DNA of 64,000 bases from Gemmatimonadales bacterium (GCA_038236775.1 JBBRZK010000013.1:148-64147), one strand, 5' to 3'. Shown: positions 37,725 through 48,370, numbered from the stretch's first letter. Program-made: numbers and translations. The notes: a model not told the origin generated them from the sequence alone.

Positions 37725-39122
37725 CTAGAGAAACGACTCGCCGTCGAGGGCCGGCGGTGCGGGCACGCCGAGTGCCGCCAAGGTGCTCGCGAACACGTCG
37801 GTGGTGCGGCGTGGTCGTCGAGCCGGGGGCCGGTTGGTGAGCAGGGGCACGAGCATGTGATCGCGGTGCAGCGCGCCGTGCGCGCTCCGGTGTGGGATCG
37901 GCTCGTATCGCGCGCGAAAGTCCCACCCTGGACGTGCCGAGAGGATCATGTCGCCCGCACGCGCGGAGCCGGCGAGGGCGAGAATCTGCACGATCGCATC
38001 AGGGTAGTCGCCGTCGCGCACCGCGTCGTATGTCTCGTCGGCGTCGCCGTGGATGTCGGCGCCGAGGCCGAGCGGGTCCCCAGTGCCGCGCGTGTACCGG
38101 AATGCGCGGCCGTCCCGCGACACGAAGGCGGATCCGCGGTCCGAAGTCCGGATGTCACACCTGTCAGGCGAATACGGCAGCAGCACGAGGTCCACGGATT
38201 CGCGTCCGAGGAGCGTGCGGGCCAGCGCCTCCCAGCGCGACTCGAGGCGCGGCCACCACGGGCGCGTGCGTTCGCCGATGTCGAGGTACACGTGTGCCAT
38301 GGCGTTCCCGCTCACCATCACCGCGGCCTCGGGCGCAATCGCGGCGGTCCACGGATGCGCGATGACCCGGACTCCCGTCGCGGAGATCACCCGTGCGAGG
38401 TCCTCGTGCGCGTGCACGGGCGAGTGGCCGTGATCGCTCACGATCCACAGGTGCGTATCGTTCCACCAGCCGCCCTCCTCGGCATCCGACCGGATGCGGG
38501 CCGCCGTCGCATCCAGGATGCGGAGCGCCTCGCGGGCGAGCGTGCTCTCGTGCCCGAACGCGTGCGAGGCCTTGTCGACGCCGGCCAGTGCGGCGAACAC
38601 GTAGTCGGGGCGTTCCTCCCGGATACGAAGCGGAATGGTCGCCAGCACTTCGCGATCGATGTCGAGCCACCGTTCGGCGCGCCCGCGGAAATGCGTGAAG
38701 GCCACCCGCAGCGCGGACCGCGCCGTGAGGGCGCCGAGCCGCTGCGAGGGCGCGAGGCCGCGCGTCACCACGCTCAGCGCGCCCACGCTGTTCAGGACCA
38801 GCTCGAAGATGGTCGGTGCGCTGCTGTCGAGATCGTCGTCCACCCGCGAGAACTGATAGCCCACGTAGCTGCGCGCATGGCCGGGCCAGCTGCACACCGT
38901 GCGCGCGCGGTCATACCAGCGGATGCCTGGGAGCCCAACCGCCCCCGGAAAGCGCCCGACGAGGAACGGCGCGTACGCCGGCCCCGTCACGGACGGAAAG
39001 ACCGTTGTGAGCGCATGCAGGCCGCCCTCGTCGCGCAGGCGCCGCAGGGCGGGGAGGTCGCACATGTCGCCTTCGAAGGCATCGAGGCGCGCGCCGTCCG
39101 CGACGAGGACGACTACGGGCAT
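37725..39122 (-). CDS. alkaline-phosphatase-superfamily protein (nucleotide pyrophosphatase/phosphodiesterase-like)
   Basis: 465 aa. Motifs: [35 protein letters not shown]. Confidence 0.8.
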   Translation of the reverse strand: MPVVVLVADGARLDAFEGDMCDLPALRRLRDEGGLHALTTVFPSVTGPAYAPFLVGRFPGAVGLPGIRWYDRARTVCSWPGHARSYVGYQFSRVDDDLDSSAPTIFELVLNSVGALSVVTRGLAPSQRLGALTARSALRVAFTHFRGRAERWLDIDREVLATIPLRIREERPDYVFAALAGVDKASHAFGHESTLAREALRILDATAARIRSDAEEGGWWNDTHLWIVSDHGHSPVHAHEDLARVISATGVRVIAHPWTAAIAPEAAVMVSGNAMAHVYLDIGERTRPWWPRLESRWEALARTLLGRESVDLVLLPYSPDRCDIRTSDRGSAFVSRDGRAFRYTRGTGDPLGLGADIHGDADETYDAVRDGDYPDAIVQILALAGSARAGDMILSARPGWDFRARYEPIPHRSAHGALHRDHMLVPLLTNRPPARRPRRTTDVFASTLAALGVPAPPALDGESFL

Positions 39123-39288
39123 GTGGGGAACGCGAGCGGCATCGGCGAAGAAAAGCGGCCGGTGCGCGCGAGAGCAAGCGGCCGTGCCCAGTGCCGCGCG
39201 TCAAGCAGTGCCTCACCGATGCGCGGCAGTCCGCCCACCGGCACGCGCATCGCTGGCGCGGCGACCGGTCGTCCATGTACACTCCCGC

Positions 39289-40284
39289 ATGGCTACTCCC
39301 AAGCGGGGATCGAAAGCGAAGAAGACGCCGCGTGCCACGACCGCCAAGGTCGTGAAGGCGCCAGCGGCGGCAGCCAAGGCGCGCTCGCCACGCACCGCCA
39401 CTGGCAAGCGAGGCAACCCGGCCCAGCTCGCGGCGGCGCAGGCCGAGGCGCAGGATTTCCTGCGCGAGCGCACCGAGGAAGGACATCGCGCCGCGGGCCG
39501 CACGCCGCCGTCGCAGAAGTCGAACAAGCGGAGCGTGGGCGCCGAGCGCCGGATCGACGACGACCTCCGCGACTTCATCGGTCCCGTCACGGAAGACGAG
39601 AAGCTGCTCCAGGCGCCGCACGAAGCGGCGGCGAACCAGGCGCGCGACTTCCGCCGCACCGACACGTGGCGCGTGATGCGCATCATGGGCGAGTTCATCG
39701 AGGGCTTCGACGACCTCGCCACCGTGGAGCGCGGCGTGTCGATCTTCGGGTCGGCGCGCACGGCGCCCGACGACCCGCAGTACCTCGCGGCCCAGGAAAC
39801 CGCCCGGCTGCTCGCCCTCGCCGGCTTCGCCATCATCACCGGCGCGGGTCCCGGCATCATGGAAGCCGCAAACAAGGGCGCGAAGGAAGGCGGCGGCGTC
39901 TCCATCGGCTGCAACATCGAGCTGCCCTTCGAGCAGGGCGCGAATCCCTATGTCGACACGCTGGTGAACTTCCGGTACTTCTTCGTCCGGAAGACGATGT
40001 TCATCAAGTACTCCAGCGCGTTCATCATCTTCCCCGGCGGCTTCGGCACGCTCGACGAGGCCTTCGAGGCGCTCACGCTCATCCAGACGGGCAAGATCTA
40101 CCAGTTCCCGGTCATCCTGTTCGGCCGGCACTACTGGGCCGGCCTGCTGCGCTGGCTCCAGTCGCGCGTGCTCGCCGAGCGGAAGATCTCCCCGGGCGAC
40201 ATGGACCTGATGCTGCTCACGGACGACCCCGCCGAGGCGGCCCATGCCGTGATCGAGGCGTACAACGCGGTGAACGCGAAGTAG
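39289..40284 (+). CDS. LOG-family (TIGR00730) Rossmann-fold nucleotide phosphoribohydrolase-like protein with a long basic N-terminal tail
   Basis: In frame with ORF 38899..40284, starting at ATG 39289. Motifs: [45 protein letters not shown]. The N-terminus [34 protein letters not shown]... is Lys/Ala/Pro-rich. Confidence 0.85.
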   Translation: MATPKRGSKAKKTPRATTAKVVKAPAAAAKARSPRTATGKRGNPAQLAAAQAEAQDFLRERTEEGHRAAGRTPPSQKSNKRSVGAERRIDDDLRDFIGPVTEDEKLLQAPHEAAANQARDFRRTDTWRVMRIMGEFIEGFDDLATVERGVSIFGSARTAPDDPQYLAAQETARLLALAGFAIITGAGPGIMEAANKGAKEGGGVSIGCNIELPFEQGANPYVDTLVNFRYFFVRKTMFIKYSSAFIIFPGGFGTLDEAFEALTLIQTGKIYQFPVILFGRHYWAGLLRWLQSRVLAERKISPGDMDLMLLTDDPAEAAHAVIEAYNAVNAK

Positions 40285-40307
40285 CACCTTCCACCGACAT
40301 TCCCGAC

Positions 40308-41609
40308 ATGGCAAGCAAGAAGAGCACGAAGAAGGACGACGCTCGCGAGCGCGGCGGATTCAAGGCGAGCCGCCACGCCGCGCCGTCGAAGGCGTCGGCC
40401 GCCGGTAACAAGAGCGAACAGAAGCGCGCCGCGGAGCAGCGCGAGCACGCAGGCGCGAAGCACACCTCGCACGACACGTCGAAGTTCCTGCAGGGCGGCC
40501 GCATCGCGCCCAGGCGCATCGACGGAACGGAGACGGCAGCGGACCTGATCGACGGCACCTTCCTCGCCTACAACGGCGCCCGGCTCCGCGAAGCCTGCCA
40601 GCTCTTCACGAAGAAGATGCTGATGAGCGACGTCACGGTCGGCATGACACTCACCGGCGCGCTCACTCCCGCAGGACTCGGCATGGCGGCGCTCATCCCG
40701 CTCATCGAGTCCGGCTTCGTGGACTGGATCATCTCCACGGGCGCGAACCTCTACCATGACGCGCACTTCGGGCTCGGCCTCTCGATGCACCGCGGCAACG
40801 CGAACACCAGCGACACGGTGCTGCGCGAGGAAGGCATCGTTCGCATCTACGACATCTTCTTCGACTACGACGTCCTCCTCAGCACGGATGCCTTCTTCCG
40901 GAAGATCGTCCAGGGCCCGGAGTTCCAGCGCGCGATGAGCAGCGCCGAGTTCCACGCGCTCTGCGGCAAGTACATCCGCGAGCGCGAGAAGGCGCTCGGT
41001 ATCGGCAACAAGTCGCTGCTCGGCGTCGCCTATGATTGCGGCGTGCCGATCTACACGTCGTCCCCGGGCGATTCGTCGATCGGCATGAACATCGCCGCGC
41101 TGGCCCTCGAGGGGAACAAGTGCGTCATCGATCCCAACGCCGACGTCAACGAGACGGCCTCCATCGTCCTCGGCGCGAAGCGCGGCGGGGGCAAGAGCGC
41201 CATCTTCATCTGCGGCGGCGGCAGCCCCAAGAACTTTGCGCTCCAGACCGAGCCGCAGATCCAGGAAGTCCTCGGCATCGATGAGAAGGGGCATGACTAC
41301 TTCCTGCAGATCACCGACGCGCGCCCCGATACGGGTGGCCTGAGCGGCGCCACGCCCGCCGAAGCGGTGAGCTGGGGCAAGATCGATCCGGACCGCCTGC
41401 CGGATGCCGTGGTCTGCTACCTCGACAACACGGTCGCGCTCCCGCTGCTCACTGCCTACGCGCACGCCAGGCACAAGCCGCGCAGGCTCAAGCGCCTGCT
41501 CGACAAGCGCGAGAAGAACATGCAGGTGCTCCGCACGGAGTTCGCGAAGGCGAACGGGGTTCCGCACGAGCCGAGCGACACCGACGCCAAGCTGCCGATG
41601 CATCGATAG
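40308..41609 (+). CDS. deoxyhypusine synthase-like family protein with a basic N-terminal tail
   Basis: In frame with the long shadow ORF 37857..41609, starting at ATG 40308. Motifs: [49 protein letters not shown]-terminus is [40 protein letters not shown]. Confidence 0.85.
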   Translation: MASKKSTKKDDARERGGFKASRHAAPSKASAAGNKSEQKRAAEQREHAGAKHTSHDTSKFLQGGRIAPRRIDGTETAADLIDGTFLAYNGARLREACQLFTKKMLMSDVTVGMTLTGALTPAGLGMAALIPLIESGFVDWIISTGANLYHDAHFGLGLSMHRGNANTSDTVLREEGIVRIYDIFFDYDVLLSTDAFFRKIVQGPEFQRAMSSAEFHALCGKYIREREKALGIGNKSLLGVAYDCGVPIYTSSPGDSSIGMNIAALALEGNKCVIDPNADVNETASIVLGAKRGGGKSAIFICGGGSPKNFALQTEPQIQEVLGIDEKGHDYFLQITDARPDTGGLSGATPAEAVSWGKIDPDRLPDAVVCYLDNTVALPLLTAYAHARHKPRRLKRLLDKREKNMQVLRTEFAKANGVPHEPSDTDAKLPMHR

Positions 41610-41654
41610 CCGCCGGATTTCCGCTGAGGCCGTCGGTGCGGACGGAAAATGGCC

Positions 41655-41732
41655 GTCATCCTGAGCGAAGAAACGTTGTCATCCTGAGCGAAGCGAAGGA
41701 TCTGCTTCCCGCGCCCTCACGATCTGCTTCTC
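41655..41732 (+). repeat. three forward copies or partial copies of the dispersed repeat in a convergent intergenic region
   Basis: GTCATCCTGAGCGAAG at 41655-41670. GTCATCCTGAGCGAAGCGAAGGATCTGCTTC at 41678-41708. GATCTGCTTCTC at 41721-41732. Confidence 0.8.
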
Positions 41733-42597
41733 ACCCCCCGGACCGCTCCCTGAGCACCGTCCGCACGAACGCCCGCTTCGAGTACTCACCGAAGCTCGCC
41801 CACCCCACCAGCGCTTCCCGCCCGAGTACGCGCTGCTGGATCTCGCGCTCCCCGCAGCCCGATGCAGCGAGCGCTTCGATCGTGCCCATCGTCTCTTCCA
41901 TCCACGCGATCTTTGCGTGGAGGAGCGCGGTTGCATTCTCGAGCGGCCCGCGATGCGGATCGAGCAGCAGCCGTGGCTCGAGCGCCGCGGCAATGCGAAG
42001 GCTGCGCACGACGTCGCGTGGCGACTCGTGCAGGTGCGCCACCCGTACCCGTACGCCGAGAAACAGGTCGCCGCTCGCGAGGATGGCGCGCTCCGCGTCC
42101 CAGACGATCAGGTGATCCTCCGTGTGTCCGGGCGCAGGGATCAGCTGCAGCGGCGCAGGATCGAAATCCACGATGGGCGTGGCCAGTGGCGTCATCCGGC
42201 CCCACACAGCGCGCCGGTACGCACCGATATACGGTCGCGCACGCAGGGACGCTTCGCAGCGCGGATGCATGTGGATCGGGAGGCCGAGCGCGGCGAGGGC
42301 GGGAACGTTACCCGCGTGGTCTTCGTGGCAGTGCGTCACCACGACGCCGCGCGGACCGGCTGACATCACCGCCTCGAGGAATTCGTCACCGGCGTTGGGA
42401 AAACCGGTATCGACCAGCACGCCGTCCAGCAGGTATGCGCTGACGTCGTAGCCAACCGTCCGTCCGGCCCAGCTGCTGAGCCTGAACTGCACGACGCCCG
42501 GCTCGATCCGGCTCGTGACGAGCGTCACGCGCCCGCGAGGAAATTTGCCTCTGCCACGCGGAGGCGATAGAATGAAACCATGCGGCGCCCGACCCAT
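41731..42597 (-). CDS. MBL-fold metallo-hydrolase
   Basis: 288-aa ORF with THCHEDHAGN (HxHxDH) and LVDTG. The annotated ATG 42597 sits in the loop of the greA-leader hairpin, so the true start may be GTG 42528. Confidence 0.8.
   Translation of the reverse strand: MGRAPHGFILSPPRGRGKFPRGRVTLVTSRIEPGVVQFRLSSWAGRTVGYDVSAYLLDGVLVDTGFPNAGDEFLEAVMSAGPRGVVVTHCHEDHAGNVPALAALGLPIHMHPRCEASLRARPYIGAYRRAVWGRMTPLATPIVDFDPAPLQLIPAPGHTEDHLIVWDAERAILASGDLFLGVRVRVAHLHESPRDVVRSLRIAAALEPRLLLDPHRGPLENATALLHAKIAWMEETMGTIEALAASGCGEREIQQRVLGREALVGWASFGEYSKRAFVRTVLRERSGG
42545..42573 (+). promoter_or_regulatory. putative sigma70-like promoter of greA (TTGCCT-N17-TAGAAT)
   Basis: TTGCCT at 42545-42550 and TAGAAT at 42568-42573, with a 17-nt spacer. 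It lies 70 bp upstream of the greA ATG. Confidence 0.4.
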
Positions 42598-42619
42598 GGT
42601 CGGGCGTCAACTTTTTTTT
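42586..42619 (+). terminator. intrinsic terminator/attenuator inside the greA 5' leader
   Basis: CGCCCGACC (42586-42594) pairs with GGTCGGGCG (42598-42606). After tcaac comes T8 (42612-42619). The element lies between the putative promoter and the greA start at 42643. No plus-strand gene lies upstream for it to terminate. Confidence 0.55.
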
Positions 42620-42642
42620 GTGTCTCGTCGTCCGGAAGCCCC

Positions 42643-43125
42643 ATGATCGAAGCACTCAAGGCAAAACTCGGGGAGGAGGTCGAGAAGCTCCAGTTCGAGC
42701 TCAACGTCACGCTGCCAGGCGAGATCCGCCGCGCCGTGGAGATGGGCGACCTGCGCGAGAACAGCGAGTACAAGGCCGCCCTCGAGCGCCAGCAGTTCGT
42801 GCGGGCTCGCCTGAACCAGCTTCGCGAGCGGCTGAGCAAGCTGTCCTCCATCGACGTCACGCAGATCGCCACCGACGCTGTCGGCCTCGGCTCCCACGTG
42901 GTCGTGAAGGACGAGAAGACCGGCATCAGCGAAAGCTACGCGCTCGTGTTCGGCGATGCGCTCGAGTTCGAGGAAGGCCAGGTCACCATGTCGTCCCCGA
43001 TCGGACGCGCCCTGCTCGGCAAGAAGGTGGGCGAGGTGGCGCTGCTGAAGTTGCCCGCCACGATGCGGCGGCTGCTCGTCACGGACATCAAGACGATCCA
43101 CCAGCTCAAGGAAGACGAGCTCTGA
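42643..43125 (+). CDS. greA: transcription elongation factor GreA
   Basis: 160 aa. LQFELNVTLPGEIRRAVEMGDLRENSEYKAALERQQFV coiled-coil with the acidic tip, plus a C-terminal globular domain (SSPIGRALLGKKVGE). Confidence 0.9.
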   Translation: MIEALKAKLGEEVEKLQFELNVTLPGEIRRAVEMGDLRENSEYKAALERQQFVRARLNQLRERLSKLSSIDVTQIATDAVGLGSHVVVKDEKTGISESYALVFGDALEFEEGQVTMSSPIGRALLGKKVGEVALLKLPATMRRLLVTDIKTIHQLKEDEL

Positions 43126-43141
43126 CGCCCGGCGTCGTGGC

Positions 43142-44800
43142 TCATGGGTCCACGGTGAAGATGCGCGCCACTTCGGCATTGTAGTCGTCCACCGCACGCG
43201 CCCGTGCATCGGGACTCCAGTCCAGCCACGGTCCCACGACGCCCACCACCGCCCGCGCTGCTGCACGCCCATGGTCCGCGGTCTCGAAGGCCACGGGCAC
43301 GCGACGGATCAGCAGATCCCCGAGGGTCCGTGCGTACTCCCGCATGACTCCGTAGCGTAGCTCTGCGAGCAGGTAGGGCCGCTTCGGCGTGATGCGCGCG
43401 CCAAGCGATCGGTCGCTCTCGACGATCGCCCATACCGCGCGCCACGCCGACCCGTAGGCATGCACGAGCCGCTCACCCACCGCCTGATCGCCGCTGGCCT
43501 CGACCGCCTCCCGGATGCTCGCTGCCACGTCGCGAAGGTCCGCTCCCTCGAGCAGCTCCGTCGAGGTCGTGCACGCACTCACCCGCGCGCCGAGACTCGC
43601 CTGCACGACATCCACGATCTCCTCGGCCATGGCGCGGAAGGTCGTGAGCTTTCCTCCCGTCACGCGAACGAGGCCGGGAACGGTCGTCGCGATGCTGTGC
43701 TCGCGTGACGTGCTGCCCGGTTCGGTGGACGCATCGCCCCTCGCGGCGGCAAGCGGACGCAGGCCTGCCCACGCGCTCACGACGTCGGAGCGAATGAGTC
43801 GCGCATCCGGGAAGTAGTAATTGGCTGCCTCCAGCAGGTAGGCCACGTCCCGCTCCGCCGCGCGCACCTGCTCCGGCGCCACGTCCTCGAACGTGTCCGT
43901 CGTCCCCACGATCGTGAAGGCACCGGCCGGGAGCACGAACATCACGCGTCCGTCCTGCGGCGCCACCAGCGTCAGCGCGGCGACGTTGCCAACGCGCTCG
44001 CGTGGCACACTCACGTGCACGCCCTTGCTCCCGCGCACGCCGGACGCCGCGTTCGGACGCGCCAGCATCTCCACGCGATCGCTCCACGGTCCCGTCGCAT
44101 TCACCACCACGCGTGCGCGCACCTCGAACGATCGTCCGCCGAGTTGGTCCGTGGCGCGCGCACCCATGATACGGTCGCCATCGCGGAGCAGGTCCGTCAC
44201 CCGCGCGTGATTGGCGACGACGGCGCCCGCCCGGACAGCGGACAGTACGTTCGCGAGCGTCAGGCGCACGTCGTCCGTCGCCGCGTCCCAGTAGCGCGCT
44301 CCTCCCGTGAGCCCGGCGCGACGCACCTGTGGCTCGCCGGCGATCACGCCCTCCACGCCGAGGCGGTCATGTCGCCCCACGTTCCGGAACAGGGCGAGCG
44401 CGTCGTACAGCGTGAGGCCCAGCGAGAGCTTCCAGCGCGGTACGCGCGCGCCACGATACACCGGCCACGTGAAGGGAAGCGGTCGCACGAGGTGCGGTGC
44501 GATGCGGCGCAGGGTGCGTCGCTCGCGGCTCGACTCGAACACGAGATGCAGCAGGCCATGCTCGAGATAGCGCACGCCGCCATGCACGAGGCGCGATGAC
44601 CGACTCGACGTTCCGCTGGCGAAGTCGTCCTGCTCCAGGAGCGCGACCCGCAACCCCCGCAGGGCAGCATCGCGCGCCACGCCCGCGCCGGTGATGCCCC
44701 CGCCGACGACGAGGAGATCGAACGGCTGCGTTGAAAGAGCGTCCAGCACGTGCTGGCGCTGCACCGCGATGGAAGGAATGGGCGTCGGCACTCCCGCCAA
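43142..44800 (-). CDS. glpD: FAD-dependent glycerol-3-phosphate dehydrogenase
   Basis: 552 aa. Motif: DLLVVGGGITGAGVARDAALRGLRVALLEQDDFASGTSSRSSRLVHGGVRYLE. Confidence 0.9.
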   Translation of the reverse strand: MAGVPTPIPSIAVQRQHVLDALSTQPFDLLVVGGGITGAGVARDAALRGLRVALLEQDDFASGTSSRSSRLVHGGVRYLEHGLLHLVFESSRERRTLRRIAPHLVRPLPFTWPVYRGARVPRWKLSLGLTLYDALALFRNVGRHDRLGVEGVIAGEPQVRRAGLTGGARYWDAATDDVRLTLANVLSAVRAGAVVANHARVTDLLRDGDRIMGARATDQLGGRSFEVRARVVVNATGPWSDRVEMLARPNAASGVRGSKGVHVSVPRERVGNVAALTLVAPQDGRVMFVLPAGAFTIVGTTDTFEDVAPEQVRAAERDVAYLLEAANYYFPDARLIRSDVVSAWAGLRPLAAARGDASTEPGSTSREHSIATTVPGLVRVTGGKLTTFRAMAEEIVDVVQASLGARVSACTTSTELLEGADLRDVAASIREAVEASGDQAVGERLVHAYGSAWRAVWAIVESDRSLGARITPKRPYLLAELRYGVMREYARTLGDLLIRRVPVAFETADHGRAAARAVVGVVGPWLDWSPDARARAVDDYNAEVARIFTVDP

Positions 44801-44825
44801 GCTAATCGTCCCCTAGCTTCCACGG

Positions 44826-46121
44826 ATGCCCACTTTCGGTTCCCCAGGTCGCCGCGTCGCCATCGTTGCCGGCCTTCGCACGCCGTTCGCCAGGTCCGGC
44901 ACCACGCTCAAGTCGGTCTCGGCCATCGATCTCGGCAAGCATTGTGTCGCCGAGCTGATCCAGCGGTCCGGGATCGATCCCGCGCTCGTTGACGCCATCA
45001 TCTACGGGACGGTCGTCCAGTCCGTCCTCGCGCCGAACATCGCGCGCGAGGTGTCGCTGCTGCCCATCCTCCCCAAGGGCGTGCAAGCCTTCACGGTCGG
45101 ACGCGCCTGCGCCTCGGCCAACCAGGCGATCACCGATGCCGCGGACCAGATCGCGCTTGGCCACGCCGAGGTCGTGATCGCCGGCGGGGCGGAATCGCTG
45201 TCGAACGTGCCCATCCTGCATTCGCGCGGCATGAGCGACGCGCTGGTCGCGGCATCAAAGGCGAAGAGCTTTGGCGGCCGCGTACGTGCGCTGGCCAAGG
45301 TGCGCCCGCGTGACCTGGTGCCCATCACGCCGGCCATCGCCGAGCCGAGCACGGGTGAGTCGATGGGCGAGTCGGCGGAGAAGATGGCAAAGATCAACCA
45401 CATTCCGCGCGAGCAGCAGGACCAGTTCGCCCTTCGCTCGCACCGCCTTGCGGCGGCGGGCACGCAGGACGGCCGCTTCACCCGCGAAATCGCGCCGCTC
45501 TATGTGCCTCCCGCGTTCGATGCAGTGACGACGGACAACGGTATCCGCGCCGACAGCACCATCGAGGCGCTCGCCGCGCTCAAGCCCGTGTTCGATCGCA
45601 AGTACGGGACGGTCACCGCGGGCAATTCATCGCCGCTCACCGACGGCGCGAGCGCCGTGCTGCTGATGAGCGAGTCGCGCGCACGCGCGCTGGGCATCGT
45701 GCCGCTCGCCTGGATCCGGAGCTACAGCTACGCCGCGCTCGACCCGGACGAGCAGCTGCTGATGGGTCCTGTCCTCGCCACCCCGGTCGCCCTCGCGCGC
45801 GCCGGTCTCGCGCTCGGCGACATGGATCTCATCGAGATGCACGAGGCCTTCGCGGCGCAGGTGCTGTGCAACCTGAAGGGCTTCGTCTCGCGCGAGTGGG
45901 CGGAGCGTGCTGGCTTCAGCACGCCCGTCGGTGAGGTCGACCGCGCCCGCCTGAACGTGATGGGCGGCTCCCTGTCCATCGGGCATCCCTTCGGCGCCAC
46001 CGGAGGCCGCATCCTCACCACGCTCTGCAACGAGCTCGCGCGCCGCGATGGGCAATTCGGCCTCATGACGGTGTGCGCCGCCGGCGGGATGGGCCACGCC
46101 ATGGTCATCGAGAGGATCTGA
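44826..46121 (+). CDS. fadI: acetyl-CoA C-acyltransferase (FadI-type 3-ketoacyl-CoA thiolase)
   Basis: 431 aa. Colinear by eye with E. coli FadI (VAIVAGLRTPFARS, VGRACAS, GTVTAGNSSPLTDGA, GGSLSIGHPFGATG, CAAGGMG). Confidence 0.9.
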   Translation: MPTFGSPGRRVAIVAGLRTPFARSGTTLKSVSAIDLGKHCVAELIQRSGIDPALVDAIIYGTVVQSVLAPNIAREVSLLPILPKGVQAFTVGRACASANQAITDAADQIALGHAEVVIAGGAESLSNVPILHSRGMSDALVAASKAKSFGGRVRALAKVRPRDLVPITPAIAEPSTGESMGESAEKMAKINHIPREQQDQFALRSHRLAAAGTQDGRFTREIAPLYVPPAFDAVTTDNGIRADSTIEALAALKPVFDRKYGTVTAGNSSPLTDGASAVLLMSESRARALGIVPLAWIRSYSYAALDPDEQLLMGPVLATPVALARAGLALGDMDLIEMHEAFAAQVLCNLKGFVSREWAERAGFSTPVGEVDRARLNVMGGSLSIGHPFGATGGRILTTLCNELARRDGQFGLMTVCAAGGMGHAMVIERI

Positions 46122-48277
46122 TGCCAGCACTCGCACTCGAACATCTCGACGGCGTCGCGGTCGTCACGATCGACCTGCCCGGCGAGCCGGTGAACAAGGT
46201 CACGGCGGGCCTGCGGATGGAATTCGCCGGCCTCTTCGCGCAGCTCGAGGCCGACCGCTCGGTGCGCGGCGTCGTGCTCATCAGCGGCAAGCCGGACACG
46301 TGGCTCGCCGGCGCGGACATCGACGAGTTCCTCACGCTGCACAGTGCGGCGGACGGCGAGGCGCTCAGCCTCGGCGGACAGTCGCTGCTGGCGCGGCTCG
46401 AGAAGCTCTCGGTGCCCGTCGTCGCCGCGATTCACGGCGCGTGTCTCGGCGGCGGCCTGGAGACGGCGCTCGCGTGTCGATATCGCATCGCGACGGACCA
46501 TCCGAAGACCGTGCTTGCGCTCCCCGAGGTGCAGCTCGGCCTCATTCCGGGCGCCGGCGGAACGCAACGCCTGCCGAGGCGCATCGGCCTGCAGCACGCG
46601 CTCGACATGATCCTGACGAGCCGCAACGTGCGCGCGAAGAAAGCCTGGCAGATGGGTCTCGTGGACGAGCTCGTACACCCGGCGATCCTTCGCGAGATCG
46701 CGATCGACCGCGCGCGCCGCCTCGCGGATGGCAAGCTCACGGTAAAGGACGCGCCAAGGGATCGGGGTGCCGCCCGCCGGCTGCTCGAGGACAACCCGAT
46801 CGGCCGCGCCATCGTGTTCCGGAAGGCGCGCGAAGGCGTGATGGCGAAGACGCATGGCCACTATCCCGCGCCGCTCGCCGCGCTCGCCGCGGTGCAGGCC
46901 GGCTACGAGAAAGGCCCCGAGGCCGGCTATCGCGAGGAAGCGCGCGCATTCGGTGAGATGACGGTCTCGGAGGTTTCGCGCGAGCTCGTGTTCCTCTTCT
47001 TCGCGACGACGGCGTTGAAGCGGGACCCCGGCGTGACGCCGCCCGCACCGGATCCGATTCCCGTTACCACGCTGGGCATCATCGGGGCCGGTTTCATGGG
47101 CGCCGGCATCGCCTCCGTGGCGGTGCAGCAGGGCACGGCGGTTCGGCTCAGGGACACCGATCCTGCGCGCGTGGGTCACGGCTTCGCGGCCATCAGTGAC
47201 GTGCTCCGCGAGCGGCTCAAGAAGCGACAGGTCACGCGCCTGCAGTACGACGATTGGATGGCGCTCGTCGGCGGAGTGACCGATTACTCGGGCTTCGGTC
47301 GCGCGGAGCTCGTGATCGAGGCCGTGTTCGAGGATCTCGCGCTGAAGCACCGGGTGTTGCGGGACGCCGAGCCGATGATGCAGGCGGATGCGATCTACGC
47401 GTCGAATACCAGCACCATTCCCATCGAGCGCATCGCGTCCGCAGCGGCTCGGCCGGGGCGCGTGCTCGGCATGCACTTCTTCTCGCCCGTGCACAAGATG
47501 CCGTTGCTGGAGGTCATCCAGACGCCGATCACGGATGCCGATGCGACGGCGACGGCAGTGGCGTATGGCAAGCGGCTCGGCAAGACGGTGATCGTCGTGA
47601 ACGACGCGCCGGGATTCTACACGACCCGCACGCTGTCGGCGTACATGAACGAAGCCGGCCGGCTGCTCGACGAAGGCGCGTCCATCGAGGCGGTGGACAA
47701 GGCACTGCTGGCGTTCGGTTTTCCGGTGGGGCCCATCACGCTTCTGGACGAGGTGGGAATCGACGTGGGCGGCAAGGTCGGCCTCGTGCTGTCCGAGGCG
47801 TTCGGGTCGCGCATGGCGCCGAGCGAATCGTTGCGCCGCGTGGTGGAATCGGGGCGCACCGGCCGCAAGGGCAGGGAGGGGTTCTACCGGTATGCGCCCG
47901 ATGGCACGAAGGGCGAGGTGGACGACTCGGTCTACGCGCTTCTCCCGCATGGGTCGCAGCGCCGCGACATCGACGCCGCGGAAATCACGCAGCGTTGCGT
48001 GCTGGCGATGGTGAACGAGGCGGCTCGGTGCCTCGAGGAGGGCGTCCTTCGTTCGGCACGGGACGGCGATGTGGGCGCTGTGTTCGGCATCGGCTTCCCG
48101 CCGTTCCGGGGTGGCCCGTTCCGGTACGTGGATGCGGTGGGCGCCGGGGCGGTGGTGGAGGAGCTGGAGCAGTTGAACGGACGTTTCCCTGGCCGATTCG
48201 ATCCGGCTGGCGTGCTGCTGGAGCACGCCAGGAGCCGGCATCGCTTTTATCCGGCGAGCGGCAATCCGTTGGCGTAG
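46121..48277 (+). CDS. fadJ: fatty-acid oxidation complex alpha subunit (enoyl-CoA hydratase / 3-hydroxyacyl-CoA dehydrogenase), FadJ-type
   Basis: Its ATG overlaps the fadI TGA (TGATG). Crotonase N-terminus (AAIHGACLGGGLE) plus an NAD-binding segment (LGIIGAGFMGAGIA). The thiolase-first gene order matches fadIJ. Confidence 0.9.
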   Translation: MPALALEHLDGVAVVTIDLPGEPVNKVTAGLRMEFAGLFAQLEADRSVRGVVLISGKPDTWLAGADIDEFLTLHSAADGEALSLGGQSLLARLEKLSVPVVAAIHGACLGGGLETALACRYRIATDHPKTVLALPEVQLGLIPGAGGTQRLPRRIGLQHALDMILTSRNVRAKKAWQMGLVDELVHPAILREIAIDRARRLADGKLTVKDAPRDRGAARRLLEDNPIGRAIVFRKAREGVMAKTHGHYPAPLAALAAVQAGYEKGPEAGYREEARAFGEMTVSEVSRELVFLFFATTALKRDPGVTPPAPDPIPVTTLGIIGAGFMGAGIASVAVQQGTAVRLRDTDPARVGHGFAAISDVLRERLKKRQVTRLQYDDWMALVGGVTDYSGFGRAELVIEAVFEDLALKHRVLRDAEPMMQADAIYASNTSTIPIERIASAAARPGRVLGMHFFSPVHKMPLLEVIQTPITDADATATAVAYGKRLGKTVIVVNDAPGFYTTRTLSAYMNEAGRLLDEGASIEAVDKALLAFGFPVGPITLLDEVGIDVGGKVGLVLSEAFGSRMAPSESLRRVVESGRTGRKGREGFYRYAPDGTKGEVDDSVYALLPHGSQRRDIDAAEITQRCVLAMVNEAARCLEEGVLRSARDGDVGAVFGIGFPPFRGGPFRYVDAVGAGAVVEELEQLNGRFPGRFDPAGVLLEHARSRHRFYPASGNPLA

Positions 48278-48370
48278 ATTGAGATGGGTGGCTTGGGCAC
48301 GGTGTCCGCGCCGGGGGGTATGTATGCCCTCTCACGCACGCCGTACGCTGGATGTTCCCTGTGACCGAAG

